A stretch of DNA of 7,379 nt from IMG/VR virus record IMGVR_UViG_3300028969_000089; one strand, 5' to 3'. This DNA is from a virus. Taxonomy: Duplodnaviria > Heunggongvirae > Uroviricota > Caudoviricetes. The position numbers were made by a program, and so were the translations under genes. The notes beneath the pieces are model-generated. The model did no database searches. It saw nothing but the letters and a program-made list of their open reading frames with translations, and was not told the origin of the DNA. This document shows, piece after piece, positions 6,176 through 7,379 of this stretch. Position 1 is the first letter of the stretch; each line of letters starts with the position of its first letter.

Positions 6176-6279
6176 TGTTCACCTCTGTTCACCATAAGAA
6201 AAAAGATAAGTAATACAGTAAGTTAAATGGTGAACAATCGCAGTAATGACTGTTCACCGTCTGTTCACCACTGTTCACC
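6176..6279. repeat. Iteron array: six TGTTCACC octamers (ori/crr-like replication element)
   Basis: Octamers at 6176, 6186, 6251, 6262, 6272 (direct) and 6229..6236 (inverted). Adjacent direct copies are spaced 10 to 11 bp, with an AT-rich stretch between the clusters. TGTTCACC is the repeat I recall as the P4 alpha-protein binding site in ori and crr. Confidence 0.55.
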
Positions 6280-6382
6280 CGCTCATGGACTTTTTGTGCT
6301 GTTTACTACTGTTTGTTTTTATTAATTCGCCGGGAATGAATAAGAAGAAACGATTTGTATTTCACTATAAAAATTACGAATT

Positions 6383-6412
6383 GCTTTAAGTGGCTTTAAA
6401 TGACTTTAAGTG
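6383..6412. repeat. Three tandem 10-bp repeats upstream of vis
   Basis: GCTTTAAGTG (6383..6392), GCTTTAAATG (6393..6402), ACTTTAAGTG (6403..6412): head-to-tail and helically phased. Confidence 0.4.
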
Positions 6413-6438
6413 GGAATGAACAAAAAACACACAGTCAT

Positions 6439-6456
6439 TGTAAGGCGGCCGGAACA
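6439..6456 (+). promoter_or_regulatory. Candidate activator dyad for the rightward late promoter upstream of vis (PLL equivalent)
   Basis: TGT (6439..6441), 12 nt, ACA (6454..6456). Placing it at -55 puts the start site near 6502, about 57 nt upstream of the vis ATG. No convincing -10 hexamer was identified. Confidence 0.25.
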
Positions 6457-6558
6457 AATCCCCCCTGTTGCGTCTGCCAAAAAGATTCACAAAATAAAGC
6501 GCTACCCGAAGCCGGACGGACTTATCCGGTGCTGTATGGACATTAACGAGGTAGCCCG

Positions 6559-6825
6559 ATGCAAGCTGTTTTTTCTTCCCCGTCTCCCTCCCCTGTGACG
6601 CCACTGATGCCGCTGCCGGACATCACGCAGGAGCGTTTTTTACGTCTGCCGGAAGTGATGCACCTGTGCGGCCTGTCACGTTCGACCATCTATGAACTCA
6701 TCCGTAAGGGGGAATTTCCGCCGCAGGTGAGTCTTGGCGGTAAAAATGTGGCCTGGCTGCACTCTGAAGTCACCGCATGGATGGCCGGGCGCATTGCCGG
6801 ACGCAAACGGGGGTACGACGCATGA
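6559..6825 (+). CDS. vis: Vis/AlpA-family small DNA-binding regulator / excisionase-like protein
   Basis: 88-aa ORF with an AlpA-type helix-turn-helix core ([43 protein letters not shown]). Position between the late promoter region and the early promoter matches P4 vis as I recall it. Confidence 0.75.
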   Translation: MQAVFSSPSPSPVTPLMPLPDITQERFLRLPEVMHLCGLSRSTIYELIRKGEFPPQVSLGGKNVAWLHSEVTAWMAGRIAGRKRGYDA

Positions 6826-6860
6826 TGATGCCTGTTCTGCAAAAACTCCCTTTTTCTGGC

Positions 6861-6890
6861 TTGCCTTTTTCCGGCATTTGCGGATATAGT
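6861..6890 (+). promoter_or_regulatory. Sigma70-like promoter, copy B of the candidate early promoter
   Basis: TTGCCT (6861..6866), 18-nt spacer, TATAGT (6885..6890); identical to copy A. Confidence 0.4.
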
Positions 6891-6953
6891 TTTTCCGTTG
6901 CCGCAAAATCGGCAGCCGGGCGTGAGAACCCGAGTATGTTATCGGCGACATAT

Positions 6954-6975
6954 GACGCGCCATGCGTCTTTTTTT
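6954..6975 (+). terminator. Leader hairpin plus T7, copy B
   Basis: GACGC (6954..6958) / GCGTC (6964..6968) with a 5-nt loop, then seven T (6969..6975). Confidence 0.4.
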
Positions 6976-7124
6976 GTGTCGCAATCAACGCCACAGAGCA
7001 CCAGATTATGGTGTGGCGTGTGGTTTGCCGTGCAGGTATGATCCTGTTCGCAATCGCATGTTATGCCTCTGAGTCAATGGTAGCTCAGGCGGGGCAGCCT
7101 CCGGGCTGGCCGGTTTCCGATAAC

Positions 7125-7186
7125 GCCGGTATTCTCACCCCCGTCTGGGCTATCGCCATCGAGCGTGAGAACTCCGGCGATAGCGT
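7125..7186 (+). ncRNA. Candidate CI-like immunity RNA core, copy B
   Basis: 62 nt identical to 391..452, flanked by diverged sequence. Confidence 0.35.
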
Positions 7187-7214
7187 CATTTACGCTGTTA
7201 TCGGAGGTTGCCTT

Positions 7215-7379
7215 ATGGCTACGACCCTTACCCCTTCACACCCTGAATTTGTCTTTGTGTTTGCGGCTGTCCGTCGCGCAGACCGTCATCCCCGTATCTG
7301 CATGCTTCGCACCGTCGCCGGTGATGAACGCAGTGCCCGCCGTTCCCTTGTCCGTGACTATGTGCTCTCCCTTGCTGCC
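7215..7379 (+). CDS. Small conserved protein, copy B (3' truncated by window end)
   Basis: ATG 7215 preceded by GGAGG. The 55 codons visible differ from 481..645 only at three synonymous sites. Confidence 0.5.
   Translation, partial: MATTLTPSHPEFVFVFAAVRRADRHPRICMLRTVAGDERSARRSLVRDYVLSLAA

Larger units (their letters stand above)
6744..7379. repeat. Copy B of the diverged direct repeat (partner 1..645); truncated by the window end
   Basis: Same by-eye alignment as copy A. Confidence 0.8.

Noticed and set aside
6176-6279. TGTTCACC repeats as a CRISPR array
   Set aside because: Units are 8 bp with about 2-bp spacers and mixed orientation, which is iteron-like and far too short for CRISPR repeats or spacers.
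6386-6604. 72-aa minus-strand and 62-aa plus-strand ORFs (6410..6598) in the late promoter region
   Set aside because: They overlap the repeat and dyad elements and the vis start; no translation signals; the region is better explained as regulatory DNA.

Overview
This window reads as a P4-family phage satellite whose cargo slot carries an AT-rich gene for a SIR2-like protein, the best candidate here for an undescribed single-gene antiphage system. Nothing was searched or computed; all calls come from reading the sequence and from recalled knowledge of phage P4. Layout, left to right: (1) 1..1045 holds the tail of an upstream module: the 3' end of a Vis/AlpA-like gene, a sigma70-like promoter, a leader with a hairpin terminator and a conserved CI-RNA-like block, two small overlapping ORFs and a strong terminator. 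(2) 1161..2372 is a P4-type tyrosine integrase preceded by a heptamer-rich palindrome. (3) 2400..3758 is the SIR2-like gene (452 aa), with the NAD-pocket glycine loop, TTNYD and K-I-H-G motifs and an unassigned C-terminal ~190 aa, followed by a terminator. (4) 3946..3964 matches the reverse complement of the P2/P4 cohesive-end sequence as I recall it. (5) psu, delta and sid lie on the minus strand (4129..6006). (6) 6041..6456 holds two TGT-N12-ACA dyads upstream of sid, six TGTTCACC iterons at helical spacing, three tandem 10-bp repeats and a further dyad upstream of vis. (7) 6559..6825 is an 88-aa Vis/AlpA-family gene, after which 6744..7379 repeats 1..645 at roughly 90% identity. The SIR2-like gene sits where P4 carries gop/beta/cII, between int and cos, with no TIR, HerA or Argonaute partner.
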